From Caulobacter sp. (GTDB lineage: Bacteria; Pseudomonadota; Alphaproteobacteria; Caulobacterales; Caulobacteraceae), in contig NZ_OZ257139.1 in the NCBI RefSeq assembly GCF_965279145.1, positions 4,011,571 to 4,075,570 of the forward strand: a stretch of DNA of 64,000 bases. Direction: 5' to 3'. Shown here piece after piece: positions 29,230 to 37,841 of the stretch. How positions within the stretch are numbered: position 1 is the first letter of the stretch; each line of letters opens with the position of its first letter. The translations under genes were made by a program, and so were the position numbers. The notes below the pieces were generated by a model. That model had not been told where the DNA came from. It saw only the letters and a list, made by a program, of their open reading frames with translations, and did not search any database.

Positions 29230-30651
29230 TTAGCGGATGGCGACGACCTGAGCGTCATCGGTCACCAGATAGATCATGCTGCCGACCGCGATCGGCGACA
29301 GCAGAACCGGCGCGCCGATCTTCAGGGTCTTTTCCGCCGCCCCGGTCTTGGGGTTCAGGGCCACGGCCTGGCCGTCGCTGGACACCGTGATCAGACGGCC
29401 CGAGGCCAGGATCGGGGTCGACCACAGACGCGGGTGCTTGGCGAGCTTCTTCTTCTGACGCTTGGTCTGGCCCAGGCCCTCGTTGAGGTCGCGGATCCAG
29501 TAGATCGAGCCGCTTTCGCGGGCCACGCACATCACCTGGCCGGCCTTGTCGATCACGAAGACGACGTCGCCGGCGGCCCAGGGGCTGGTGATTCCGGTGA
29601 CCGGCAGGCTCCAGCGCGCCTGGCCGGTGCGCAGGTCGGTGGCGGTGAACACGCCCGAGTGGCTGACGGCGAAGACGTCGCCCTTGTAGATCACCGGCCG
29701 GCCGGGAATGTCGCGGATCTCGGACAAGGCGTTGGTGCGGCTGGCGCGCGACAGCGCCTCGCTCCACAGGTCATTGCCGTTCGAGGCGCGCAGGGCGACC
29801 AGCTCGCCCGAGGCGAAGCCGGTGACGACCGTGTCGCCGCTGACGGCGGAGCTGGGGGCCGACAGGATGCGGGCCGGCTCGATCAGGGCCTGATAGGTCC
29901 AGCCCGGCGCGCCCGAGGCGGCGGCGTAGGTCAGGAGTTCGTTGTCGGTCGAAACCACGAACACGCGACCATCGACGACCGTCGGGGCGGCGTGGACGGG
30001 CGTGGCCGTCGTCTGTCGCCAGCCTTCAGCGCCGGTCTTGCCATCCAGTTGGGCCACGAAGCGGAAGCCGGACGAGACATAGAGCTTGTCGTCGGGGCCC
30101 AGGGCCAGACCGCCGCCGAAGCCGAGGCGATCGTTCTTGGCGCCGCCGAAACCAAACATGCCGCGTTTGCCGCTCGGACCGGCCGAGGGGCGCAGATCCT
30201 TGCGCCATTCCACAGAGCCGCTCTGGATGTCGAGCGACGACACGGTCGACTCGCCGTCCATCACATAGATATGGCTGGCGCTGGCCACGGGCGGCGCCGT
30301 GATGTGGAACTTGCGGTTGCCCTTCTGGCCGAAACCCTTGCGCCAGGCGATCTCGAACGCCTTGCCGGCGTCGACATGCTCGACCGACTGCTCGGCGTTG
30401 CCGCCCGGCAGACGCCATTCGGTCTGAACGGCGGGTTCCGGCAGGAAGAAGTCCGTGCCCTTGAGAGTCTCGGAGGCCTCGACCTTCTGGTCGAAGGCGA
30501 TGACCGAGATCCGCTGGCCCTGGGTGGCCTTGGACTTGGCCTTCTCATCCGACTTGTCGAACGGATTGATCTTGGAGATCGTCGAGCACCCGCTCACCGT
30601 CACGGCGGCGGACATCAGCGCGATCAACGCGACAGAACGCTTGGAAATCAT
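29230..30651 (-). CDS. bamB: PQQ-like beta-propeller lipoprotein, BamB
   Basis: Lipobox VSGC, repeated W/G propeller blades, position between a yfgM-like gene and der. Start placed at ATG 30651. Confidence 0.8.
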   Translation of the reverse strand: MISKRSVALIALMSAAVTVSGCSTISKINPFDKSDEKAKSKATQGQRISVIAFDQKVEASETLKGTDFFLPEPAVQTEWRLPGGNAEQSVEHVDAGKAFEIAWRKGFGQKGNRKFHITAPPVASASHIYVMDGESTVSSLDIQSGSVEWRKDLRPSAGPSGKRGMFGFGGAKNDRLGFGGGLALGPDDKLYVSSGFRFVAQLDGKTGAEGWRQTTATPVHAAPTVVDGRVFVVSTDNELLTYAAASGAPGWTYQALIEPARILSAPSSAVSGDTVVTGFASGELVALRASNGNDLWSEALSRASRTNALSEIRDIPGRPVIYKGDVFAVSHSGVFTATDLRTGQARWSLPVTGITSPWAAGDVVFVIDKAGQVMCVARESGSIYWIRDLNEGLGQTKRQKKKLAKHPRLWSTPILASGRLITVSSDGQAVALNPKTGAAEKTLKIGAPVLLSPIAVGSMIYLVTDDAQVVAIR

Positions 30652-30659
30652 GAAGCGGC

Positions 30660-31406
30660 TCATTGGGCGCCAGCGGGCGCGGTTTGCGAGAGGGCCGGCA
30701 TGGCGGGCGCCGGCGGCAGCGCGATGGCGGCCTTGACCGTCGCCGCCAGATTGGCGGCGGACCCGGAGTCGATCAGCTGGATGGCGGCCTGGGCGCGCTG
30801 GCGCACCTCTTCGGACGGGTTGTCGAGCAGGTTGGCCAGGACCGTGAAGTCCTCGCGCGCGCCCTTGGTGTCACCGGCCTGAAGCTTGGCGAACGCCAGG
30901 GCTTCCTTGGCCTTCACCCGATACGGACTTTTTTCCCCCGCCAACGGCGTCAACCTCGCTTCGATATCCTTGAACGAGGCCGTATCCATGAGCGCGAAGG
31001 CGGATTTGAGGCGGGCCAGATCGCCCAGCACCGGATCGTGCGAAAGCTTGGCCGCTTCATCGAAATAAGCCACCGCCTCGGCGGTCTTGCCCTCGTCCAG
31101 GCGGATGCCGCCCATGTGCATCAGGGCCAGGGCGCGATAGCCGGGCGCGCCGCCCTTGGCGATCGCCTGCATGGCCGGGAAACCCTTGGCGGTTCCCTCC
31201 CGGCCCATGGTTTCCAGCGCGGCCTGGTAGGCTTCCGAAGCTGCGGCCGACTGCTTGGCTTGATACGCGGTCCAGCCCCAGTAGCCGCCGACGCCGATGA
31301 CGACCGCCACCGTCAAGGCGCCGAGCCACGGCAGCGCCTTCAGCGCGAGGGTCTTGTAACGGTCGGAGCGCAGTTGCTCTTCGACCTCGTCAAACACATC
31401 GACCAC
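30660..31406 (-). CDS. YfgM-like membrane-anchored TPR chaperone
   Basis: DVFDEVEEQLR, one TM, TPR-like helices, conserved position. GTG 31406 start. Confidence 0.85.
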   Translation of the reverse strand: MVDVFDEVEEQLRSDRYKTLALKALPWLGALTVAVVIGVGGYWGWTAYQAKQSAAASEAYQAALETMGREGTAKGFPAMQAIAKGGAPGYRALALMHMGGIRLDEGKTAEAVAYFDEAAKLSHDPVLGDLARLKSAFALMDTASFKDIEARLTPLAGEKSPYRVKAKEALAFAKLQAGDTKGAREDFTVLANLLDNPSEEVRQRAQAAIQLIDSGSAANLAATVKAAIALPPAPAMPALSQTAPAGAQ

Positions 31407-31574
31407 GAACGAGGCTCCGAAACAGGCGCCGAAGACGCCCTGACACGACAGCGCCGGTGAGTGCCGGCGGCGGCGCATGGTTTACAACAGAATGTGGCCG
31501 GCGGGGGGCCGCCAGCGCAGGCGGCGAACCTATAGCGTGTCCGGGCCAGCCGCAACGGGCGCGAGGCGCGCCGG

Positions 31575-32402
31575 CTAGCCCTTCTTGGCGTAATAGGTCT
31601 CGGCCTCGCCCGGGAAGGTGCGCGCCTTGACGTCGTCGGCGTATTCGCGGGCGGCGCGTTCGATCTCGCCCTTCAGATTGGCGTAGCGACGCACGAACTT
31701 GGGCGTCCAGTCGAACAGGCCCAGCATGTCGTCGGTAACCAGGATCTGGCCGTCGCAGCCGGCCGAAGCGCCGATGCCGATGGTGGGCGGGGCGATGGCG
31801 GCGGTGATGTCGCGCGCGAGGCTCTCGGCCACGCCTTCGACCACGACCGCGAAGGCGCCCGCATCCGCGGTGCGGCGGGCCTCCTCCAGGATCAGCGCCC
31901 TGCCCGCCTCGTCCTTGCCCTTGGCCTTGAAGCCGCCGTCGACCAGCACCGCCTGGGGCCGCAGGCCGACATGGCCCATGACCGGCACGCCGCGCTGGGT
32001 CAGATATTCGATGGTCGCCGGCACGGTGGGACCGCTCTCGACCTTCACCGCCTGGGCGCCGGTCTCCTTCATGATCCGAACGGCGTTGGCGTAGGCGGCC
32101 TCGGGAGAGGCCTCGTAGGAACCGAACGGCATGTCGACCACGACCATGGCCCGGCGAGAGCCGCGCATCACCGCCTGGCCGTGCAGGATCATCATCTCCA
32201 TGGTGACCCCGACGGTGTTGGGCAGGCCATGCACGACCATGCCCACCGAGTCTCCCACCAGAAGCAGGTCGCAGGCCTCGTCCAGCGCCGCCGCGACGGG
32301 GGCGGTGTAGGCGGTGAGACAGACGATGGGCACGCCACCCTTGCGGGCGGCGATATCGGGGGCGGCGAGACGGCGAACCGTCTCCTCACGATGCGAGGAC
32401 AG
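31575..32402 (-). CDS. panB: 3-methyl-2-oxobutanoate hydroxymethyltransferase
   Basis: [34 protein letters not shown]. Frame extends upstream to a CTG at 32402 preceded by GGAG. Confidence 0.95.
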   Translation of the reverse strand: MSSHREETVRRLAAPDIAARKGGVPIVCLTAYTAPVAAALDEACDLLLVGDSVGMVVHGLPNTVGVTMEMMILHGQAVMRGSRRAMVVVDMPFGSYEASPEAAYANAVRIMKETGAQAVKVESGPTVPATIEYLTQRGVPVMGHVGLRPQAVLVDGGFKAKGKDEAGRALILEEARRTADAGAFAVVVEGVAESLARDITAAIAPPTIGIGASAGCDGQILVTDDMLGLFDWTPKFVRRYANLKGEIERAAREYADDVKARTFPGEAETYYAKKG

Positions 32403-32505
32403 AACGATGCTCCAGAGCAGGCCCCCGGCGACATGAGGGCGCGCTGTTGTCGGTCAGAAAGCGCCCCGCCGCAACATGAACAATGATCACTCCTGACGTG
32501 CTCGT

Positions 32506-32886
32506 TCAGAAGTCTTCCATCATCCGCGTGACCGCGAAGCCCAGGGCCAGGAGGGCCAGCCCGGCCGCCAACCAGAGCGCCTCGACGCTGGCGGACGTGG
32601 CGGTGATCTGGTTGAAACGGGTCATGACCTTGTCAACGTCGGCGCTGATATCGCGCGTGCCGTTATGCGACAGGGTCTGCAGCTCCGCCGAAAACCGTGT
32701 CGTGACTAGCTGGAACGCCGCGATCAGGCCCGCAAGGACGCCCGCCCCGCCGATCAGCACACGCCGCATAGCCCAGCCCCGGTCGAGGCTGGCTCCAACC
32801 TGGGCGGCGAAAAGCTCGGCGTCCGGAAAGGACGGAGCCTCGCTGTAGAGTCGCGTCAACTGCGCTTCGAAATCGGGTTCAGCCAT
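32506..32886 (-). CDS. Putative membrane anti-sigma factor (module 1)
   Basis: Overlaps the sigma stop; short soluble N-terminus followed by 2 TM segments. Confidence 0.65.
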   Translation of the reverse strand: MAEPDFEAQLTRLYSEAPSFPDAELFAAQVGASLDRGWAMRRVLIGGAGVLAGLIAAFQLVTTRFSAELQTLSHNGTRDISADVDKVMTRFNQITATSASVEALWLAAGLALLALGFAVTRMMEDF

Positions 32887-33451
32887 GAGCTTCCCTCCTC
32901 GCGCCTTCCGTCTGTGGGGCCAGTCGGACCCGGAGTTTATCCAAACCACGTTTGACATGGGATTTCACCGTGCCGATCGGGATGTTCAAGGCCTCGGCGA
33001 CCTCGGCATGCGACCAGTCACCCCCATAGCAAAGGGATACGCAGAGCCGCTCGCCCCTCGACAGGGCCTTCAGGGCCTCGTCCAGATCGATGCGATTGGC
33101 GGTCCGAGGTTCATTCAGAGCCGTGGGATCGTCGCCATCCTGGGCCTCGTCGGTAAAGATCACGCGAGCTTCCCGCTTGACCTTGCGCAGGTAGAGCCGC
33201 GCCGCGATCCGCTTGATCCAGCCCCCGAAGGCGCCTTCGCCGCGATAGTCGGCCACCTGCTCGAACCCGGCCAGGAAGGCGTCCTGGGCGACATCGTCGG
33301 CCGTGGCCGAGTCCGCGCCCATCCGGCGCAACAGCCCCCGGATCGCCGAGCCGTGACGCCGGACCAGTTCGCCATAGGCGCGCCGGTCGCCCGCCGCGGC
33401 AAGGGCGGCCAGCTCGACATCGTGGCCTGTTGGCAGGCGGTCCATGGACAT
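32879..33451 (-). CDS. ECF RNA polymerase sigma factor (module 1)
   Basis: Region 2 (DDVAQDAFL..WIKRIA) and region 4 (EVAEALNIPIGTVKSHVKRG). Start placed at ATG 33451. Confidence 0.93.
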   Translation of the reverse strand: MSMDRLPTGHDVELAALAAAGDRRAYGELVRRHGSAIRGLLRRMGADSATADDVAQDAFLAGFEQVADYRGEGAFGGWIKRIAARLYLRKVKREARVIFTDEAQDGDDPTALNEPRTANRIDLDEALKALSRGERLCVSLCYGGDWSHAEVAEALNIPIGTVKSHVKRGLDKLRVRLAPQTEGARREAHG

Positions 33452-33479
33452 GCTTTCCCCCTTCCCCAAGGTCCAGCGA

Positions 33480-33863
33480 TCAGACGCGCTTGGCTTTGTT
33501 GGGGTTGAAGAAGCTGAGAACGATATAGGCCAGGCCGATCACGGCCGGGATGCAGGCGATGCCGATGCCTGGCGAATGGAAGTCGTTGTCGCCAAAGTCG
33601 ACGAAGTAGCTGAACGCGGCCAGGCCTATGCCGATCGCCAGCCAGATCACGCCGGCCCGCATGTCGCTCAGCGACGTGGGAGCCACCTTCACGTTGCGGG
33701 TCAGGGCCTCGATCACTTCGGGCGGAACGGGCTGTCCCTTGTCGATCGCGGCGCGCAGGGTCGACTGCATCTCGATGCGCTCGCGGCTCTTCAGATACAC
33801 CGGCACGATGCAGATCGCACCGATGACCAGAAACATGATGATAGGGATCCAGACCTCATCCAT
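33480..33863 (-). CDS. DUF6249-like membrane protein
   Basis: TM, then RAAIDKGQPVPPEV, then 2 TM. Family name recalled from motif, not searched. Confidence 0.7.
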   Translation of the reverse strand: MDEVWIPIIMFLVIGAICIVPVYLKSRERIEMQSTLRAAIDKGQPVPPEVIEALTRNVKVAPTSLSDMRAGVIWLAIGIGLAAFSYFVDFGDNDFHSPGIGIACIPAVIGLAYIVLSFFNPNKAKRV

Positions 33864-33929
33864 GGCGACATTCCTCTTGCGGGGCGCTGTCCACTCAGCG
33901 CCGCATTCTGATGATAAGAGGCGCCGGGA

Positions 33930-33958
33930 CCTTCGTTTGGAGGCGCCCGGCGGGATGA
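33930..33958 (-). promoter_or_regulatory. Putative ECF promoter P1 (TCATCC-N17-CGAAGG)
   Basis: Same -35 core and spacing as the sites at 35252 and 35530; lies upstream of module 1. Confidence 0.55.
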
Positions 33959-33971
33959 AACTTTCGTAACC

Positions 33972-34262
33972 CTAGTCCTGGGACAGCAACCGGCCGCCCA
34001 TCACCGCCAGGGCCAGTATGACGACCAGCATGCCAACGGCTGGCAGCAGCGTGGGCGCAAGGGTGTCGACGGCTAGGTTCAGGACCGGCGAACAGGCCCA
34101 AAGAACCACACTCAGCACCAGGGCGGCGGCGGCGGCGGCCAACAGGCGGTCAAGGAACGCGCGACGCTCCACGGCTTCCATGACCTCGGCCACGAAGACA
34201 TCGGTCGTGGCGGGCGGGGGCGTTTCCCCCAGAAAGGCGGACAAGCGATCATCGGGCGTCAT
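33972..34262 (-). CDS. Putative membrane anti-sigma factor (module 2)
   Basis: Overlaps the sigma stop; MTPDDRLSAFL..FVAEVM, then 2 TM. Confidence 0.65.
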   Translation of the reverse strand: MTPDDRLSAFLGETPPPATTDVFVAEVMEAVERRAFLDRLLAAAAAALVLSVVLWACSPVLNLAVDTLAPTLLPAVGMLVVILALAVMGGRLLSQD

Positions 34263-34774
34263 GACGGTTCTCCCAGGACGACGAGCAGTCTCTCACGGCC
34301 ACGCGTCACATGCGACTTCACAGTGCCCAGCGGCAGACCCAGGGCCTGAGCGACCTCGGCGTGGGTCCAGGCCTGGCCCAGGCACAGGGTGACACAGGCG
34401 CGCTGGTCTTCCGGCAGGGTATCCAGGGCGGCCTGAAGGGCCATCCGATCCTCCCCGGCGACGGTATCCGGCGCTTCCAGGGCTTCCTGGCCGCGCCAGT
34501 CTTCGTCGCGACGGGCCGAACGGCTGGCGGCGCGACGGTGGTCCAGCGCCTTGCGCCAGGCGATGCCATAAAGCCAGGCGCGAAAGCCATCGTCGGCGCG
34601 AAGCCGCCCCAGGCTCGTCCAGGCCGCGACGAAGGCGTCCTGGGCGATGTCATCGGCGTCGATCCAGCCGCTCTTCCGCAGAAACCCCCGCAGGGGCTTC
34701 TCGTGGATCGCGACCAGTCGTGAAAACGCCGCCTGGGATCCCCCCCGCGCCGCCCTGACGAGCGGCGCATCCAT
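34259..34774 (-). CDS. ECF RNA polymerase sigma factor (module 2)
   Basis: DDIAQDAFV..WLYGIAW; EVAQALGLPLGTVKSHVTRG. Confidence 0.92.
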   Translation of the reverse strand: MDAPLVRAARGGSQAAFSRLVAIHEKPLRGFLRKSGWIDADDIAQDAFVAAWTSLGRLRADDGFRAWLYGIAWRKALDHRRAASRSARRDEDWRGQEALEAPDTVAGEDRMALQAALDTLPEDQRACVTLCLGQAWTHAEVAQALGLPLGTVKSHVTRGRERLLVVLGEPS

Positions 34775-35199
34775 CAGACCTTGGGACCCCGGCTGAGAAC
34801 CAGCGACACCAGCGAGGCCAGGCTCAGCGCGCCCATCACGAAGGCCACGATCGTAAAGGCGTCGCCCGAGCCGTAGATGTCAGTGAAGGCCGCATAGCTG
34901 AAACCGGCGCAGAGGGCGCCGAACAGGACGACCCTGTAGACCGGGTCGCCGCTGTAGCGATAACCGCGATAGCGACGCCGGCGCGGCCGATCATCGTAGT
35001 CATAGTCATCTTCATTCCAGCGCTTGTTCAACCGAGCCACCAGCTCCGGCGGGGGCTCACGCCCACTGGCCGCGTAGGACTTGATCAGGTCCAGCGTGTC
35101 GCGATTGGCCTTGTAGGAGAGCCAGCTCTGAAAGCCGCCGAACACGAACCAGCTCAGCGGAAAGATCAGCCACCAGTACGAACGAAACAGGTCTTCCAT
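34774..35199 (-). CDS. Membrane protein, distant DUF6249-like homologue
   Basis: TM, then SGREPPPEL, then 2 TM. TGATG coupling to the sigma gene. Confidence 0.7.
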   Translation of the reverse strand: MEDLFRSYWWLIFPLSWFVFGGFQSWLSYKANRDTLDLIKSYAASGREPPPELVARLNKRWNEDDYDYDDRPRRRRYRGYRYSGDPVYRVVLFGALCAGFSYAAFTDIYGSGDAFTIVAFVMGALSLASLVSLVLSRGPKV

Positions 35200-35251
35200 C
35201 GAATTTGGCCCCTTGTGGGTCTGCGCGCACTTGCGCGTCGGTCTCGGTGAG

Positions 35252-35280
35252 TAGTCGCCGCCGCGGATGCGATTGGATGC
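35252..35280 (-). promoter_or_regulatory. Putative ECF promoter P2 (GCATCC-N17-CGACTA)
   Basis: Both hexamers and the spacing are identical to the site at 35530-35558. Confidence 0.65.
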
Positions 35281-35301
35281 GGACGGCGGAATTATTTCGG
35301 T

Positions 35302-35484
35302 CTAGCGCCGGCCCAGCCTGGCGATCAGTTCCGCCGGCGGCTCGCGGCCATTGCTGGCAAAAGTCCGCAGAACATCGGCGGCGTCGCGATCGGCGCAATA
35401 GGACAGCCAGTTGCGCCACGCGCCGATCACGATCCAGCTCGTCGGAAACACCAGCCACCAGAATGAGGAAAACAGATCTTCCAC
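35302..35484 (-). CDS. 60-aa truncated paralogue of the 34774-35199 protein
   Basis: MEDLFSSFWWLVFPTSW..NGREPPAELIARL aligns with MEDLFRSYWWLIFPLSW..SGREPPPELVARL. GGAGGG SD upstream. Confidence 0.7.
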   Translation of the reverse strand: MEDLFSSFWWLVFPTSWIVIGAWRNWLSYCADRDAADVLRTFASNGREPPAELIARLGRR

Positions 35485-35528
35485 GACAATCCCTCCAGCG
35501 AACGCGAGCCTCTCGCGCCTTCTGAAGA

Positions 35529-36194
35529 CTAGTCGGCGCCGACAGGCGTCCTGGATGCGACCAGGTGGGAAATAATTTCGGACGGCGATTCAAACACGAT
35601 GGTCGGGTGGTGCTCAGCCAGGATCGAACGCTTGGCCGCGCCCCAGGTGACGGCGCCGCTGGCCAGACCCAGTGCGCGGGCGGCCTCGATGTCGCGGGTC
35701 TCGTCGCCGATGCAGATCACCCTGTCGCGCGAGACAACGGCGGTGACCTTCCGGAACTTGCGCGCCTTGCCAAACAGCGAGGCGCCGCAGGCGAACTGAC
35801 TGATCAGGCTCGACAGGTCCGGCCCCAGCACGGCGCGGATGGTGCGCTCGCTGTTGGAGCTGACCACCGCCAGACGCAGACCCGCGTCGTGCAGGGCCCG
35901 CAACATGCCCTCGGTCTCGGGAAACAGCGGAATGGAGTCGCTGTCGGCCGCCATCAGCTTCTTGCCATGGGCGGCGATCATCGGAAGCTTCCACGGCGAG
36001 ATGCCCAGATAGCGGATGACCTCGCGCGTGGCGCGTCCGCGCAGCATGTCGATCTCGTCGTCGGTGACGGTCTTGAAGCCGAACCGGCGCGCCATCGGAT
36101 TGACGGCGCGGATCATCCAGGCCGCGCTGTCGGCCAGCGTGCCGTCGAAGTCAAAGATGACCATGTCATACGACGGGATGGGATGGGCTCCCAC
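35529..36194 (-). CDS. HAD family hydrolase (phosphoglycolate phosphatase-like)
   Basis: IFDFDGTLADS, VSSN, K, IGDETRD motifs. Start uncertain (GTG 36194 or ATG 36164). Confidence 0.88.
   Translation of the reverse strand: MGAHPIPSYDMVIFDFDGTLADSAAWMIRAVNPMARRFGFKTVTDDEIDMLRGRATREVIRYLGISPWKLPMIAAHGKKLMAADSDSIPLFPETEGMLRALHDAGLRLAVVSSNSERTIRAVLGPDLSSLISQFACGASLFGKARKFRKVTAVVSRDRVICIGDETRDIEAARALGLASGAVTWGAAKRSILAEHHPTIVFESPSEIISHLVASRTPVGAD
35530..35558 (-). promoter_or_regulatory. Putative ECF promoter P3 (GCATCC-N17-CGACTA)
   Basis: Copy of P2; overlaps the 3' end of the HAD gene. Confidence 0.65.
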
Positions 36195-36314
36195 GCGATG
36201 GTTTCCTGCGCTCTTCGTGTTCAAATGGACGAGACTAGTCGCAATAGCCCTGCTCGCCCCTGCTTGTCGCCCTAAAGTCGGCCGACTCGCGCTTTCAGCA
36301 AAGCTGCTAGGCCT

Positions 36315-36671
36315 TCAGGCCGCCTTTTGGAACAGGCGGGCATAGACTTCCGGCTTGAAGCCCGCAGTCAGCTTGCCGTCCACGTCAAGCATCGGCCGCT
36401 TGATCATCGAGGGCTGGGCCAGCATCAGGGCGACAGCCTTGTCGGCGTTCAGGTCTTGCCTGTCCGCGTCAGCCAGTTTGCGAAACGTGGTCCCCGCTCG
36501 GTTCAGCACGGTTTCCCAGCCCAGCGCCTCGACCCACCGCTCCAGGCTGGCGGCATCGATCCCGGCGACCTTGTAGTCATGGAAGCGATAGTCAACGCCG
36601 TGCTCGTCGAGCCAGGCGCGGGCCTTCTTCATCGTGTCGCACGCCTTGATGCCGTAGATGGTGACGCTCAA
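36315..36671 (-). CDS. ArsC/YffB (Spx/MgsR-like) family reductase
   Basis: IYGIKACDTMKKA, LNRAGTTFR, PSMIKRP. Confidence 0.92.
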   Translation of the reverse strand: MSVTIYGIKACDTMKKARAWLDEHGVDYRFHDYKVAGIDAASLERWVEALGWETVLNRAGTTFRKLADADRQDLNADKAVALMLAQPSMIKRPMLDVDGKLTAGFKPEVYARLFQKAA

Positions 36672-36730
36672 CGCCCTGCCCCCGGTTGACTGAGCCGCGA
36701 CGGGTAGCGCCCGGCCAGCCAGGGCGCAAG

Positions 36731-37297
36731 TCAGTCGGCCAACGGATAACGGGCCAGCACCTCGTGCCGCCCCTGGCCCTGATGGCTGACCACCAAGGCA
36801 AACTCCCGGACGGTCCAGGTCACCGGCTCGATGGGCGTCACAACGGCGCCAGGCTGTCCGTACAGAACCGTTACGTGCGGCGTGAACGCCAGATTGGCGC
36901 TATCCAGCTTCTCCCAGGCCAGGGCCTGGCGCAGCCCGGCCTGAAAGGCTTCCAGAGCGCCAAGCCCCTCGCCGCCGCGCAGCACGACATTCCTTGGAAA
37001 TCCGCCGATCTGGTCGAACGCAACCTCGAACGGTGCGACGTCCAGCCGCCTGGCGGCCCGCGATATCCTGTCGATCAGGCTTTGAGGCACCTGATCCCAA
37101 TAGTCGAAATGCCCGAGCGTGATGTGCATCAGATCGGGATTGAAGACCGCCCCGCCAAGCTGATGATCCGCCTGATAGCGTCGCCCCGCGGCCCGCGCGG
37201 CGACCCGAGCCTGCTGATCCAGGTAGATCATCAGGATCAGGTGCTTGTCGCGCGGCGCGGCCTCGAAGCCCAGCAGCGAGAGCTGTTCCGCGGCCAT
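36731..37297 (-). CDS. 2H phosphoesterase (RNA 2',3'-cyclic phosphodiesterase / 2'-5' RNA ligase family)
   Basis: Two HxT motifs (HITL, PHVTV); C-terminal V.EFALVVSHQGQGRHEVLARYPL. Confidence 0.85.
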   Translation of the reverse strand: MAAEQLSLLGFEAAPRDKHLILMIYLDQQARVAARAAGRRYQADHQLGGAVFNPDLMHITLGHFDYWDQVPQSLIDRISRAARRLDVAPFEVAFDQIGGFPRNVVLRGGEGLGALEAFQAGLRQALAWEKLDSANLAFTPHVTVLYGQPGAVVTPIEPVTWTVREFALVVSHQGQGRHEVLARYPLAD

Positions 37298-37301
37298 CGT
37301 C

Positions 37302-37640
37302 TCAACCCTTGGCCAGATTGCTCCGCAGGCGGTCGGCGACCGCGCCCAAGGTGATCGCCGAGAGCGCTTCCTCGATGACCAGACGGTCCTCGGTCGAGGC
37401 GATCTGGGCGATGCGGTGGGTGAAGTCGGTCACCGCCGTGATATGCTGGGCCAGAAGATCGACCATGTGCAGTTCCTGCATCACGCGGGCCTGCTGTTCA
37501 GGCGGCGCGGCCTGAAGCATCTGCCCCAGCGCGTCGTCCAGCTTGCCGCAGGCTTCCGCCGCGATCGACATCTCCGCCGACACCGCCGCCAGAATCGCGG
37601 CCGTGCTCGAACCCGCCGTGCTGTCCTGTTCCGAATTCAT
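37302..37640 (-). CDS. Hypothetical helical protein
   Basis: 112 aa, all-alpha pattern, GGGGAA SD-like site; 4 nt from the next gene. Confidence 0.65.
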   Translation of the reverse strand: MNSEQDSTAGSSTAAILAAVSAEMSIAAEACGKLDDALGQMLQAAPPEQQARVMQELHMVDLLAQHITAVTDFTHRIAQIASTEDRLVIEEALSAITLGAVADRLRSNLAKG

Positions 37641-37841
37641 GCTTCCCCCGACGTCTCGTCTGCGGTGTCTTTGTGATTGGCCGGCGCGACAAAGCGCGAC
37701 CGTCGCGCGCAGGTTGGAGTGATCCCACGCCTCACCGCAAGCCTGTTTACGCAGGGGCGCCGAATAGCGGACTCGGAACGGGTTCCGTTTCTTATCGCCA
37801 AAGGAGCCGAACGATCGGCAAACTAGGGGCCGAAACCAGCC

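Noticed and set aside
22742-30882. ORFs 22742-24277 (-), 27758-29233 (+) and 29434-30882 (+)
   Set aside because: Antisense to purF, der and bamB.
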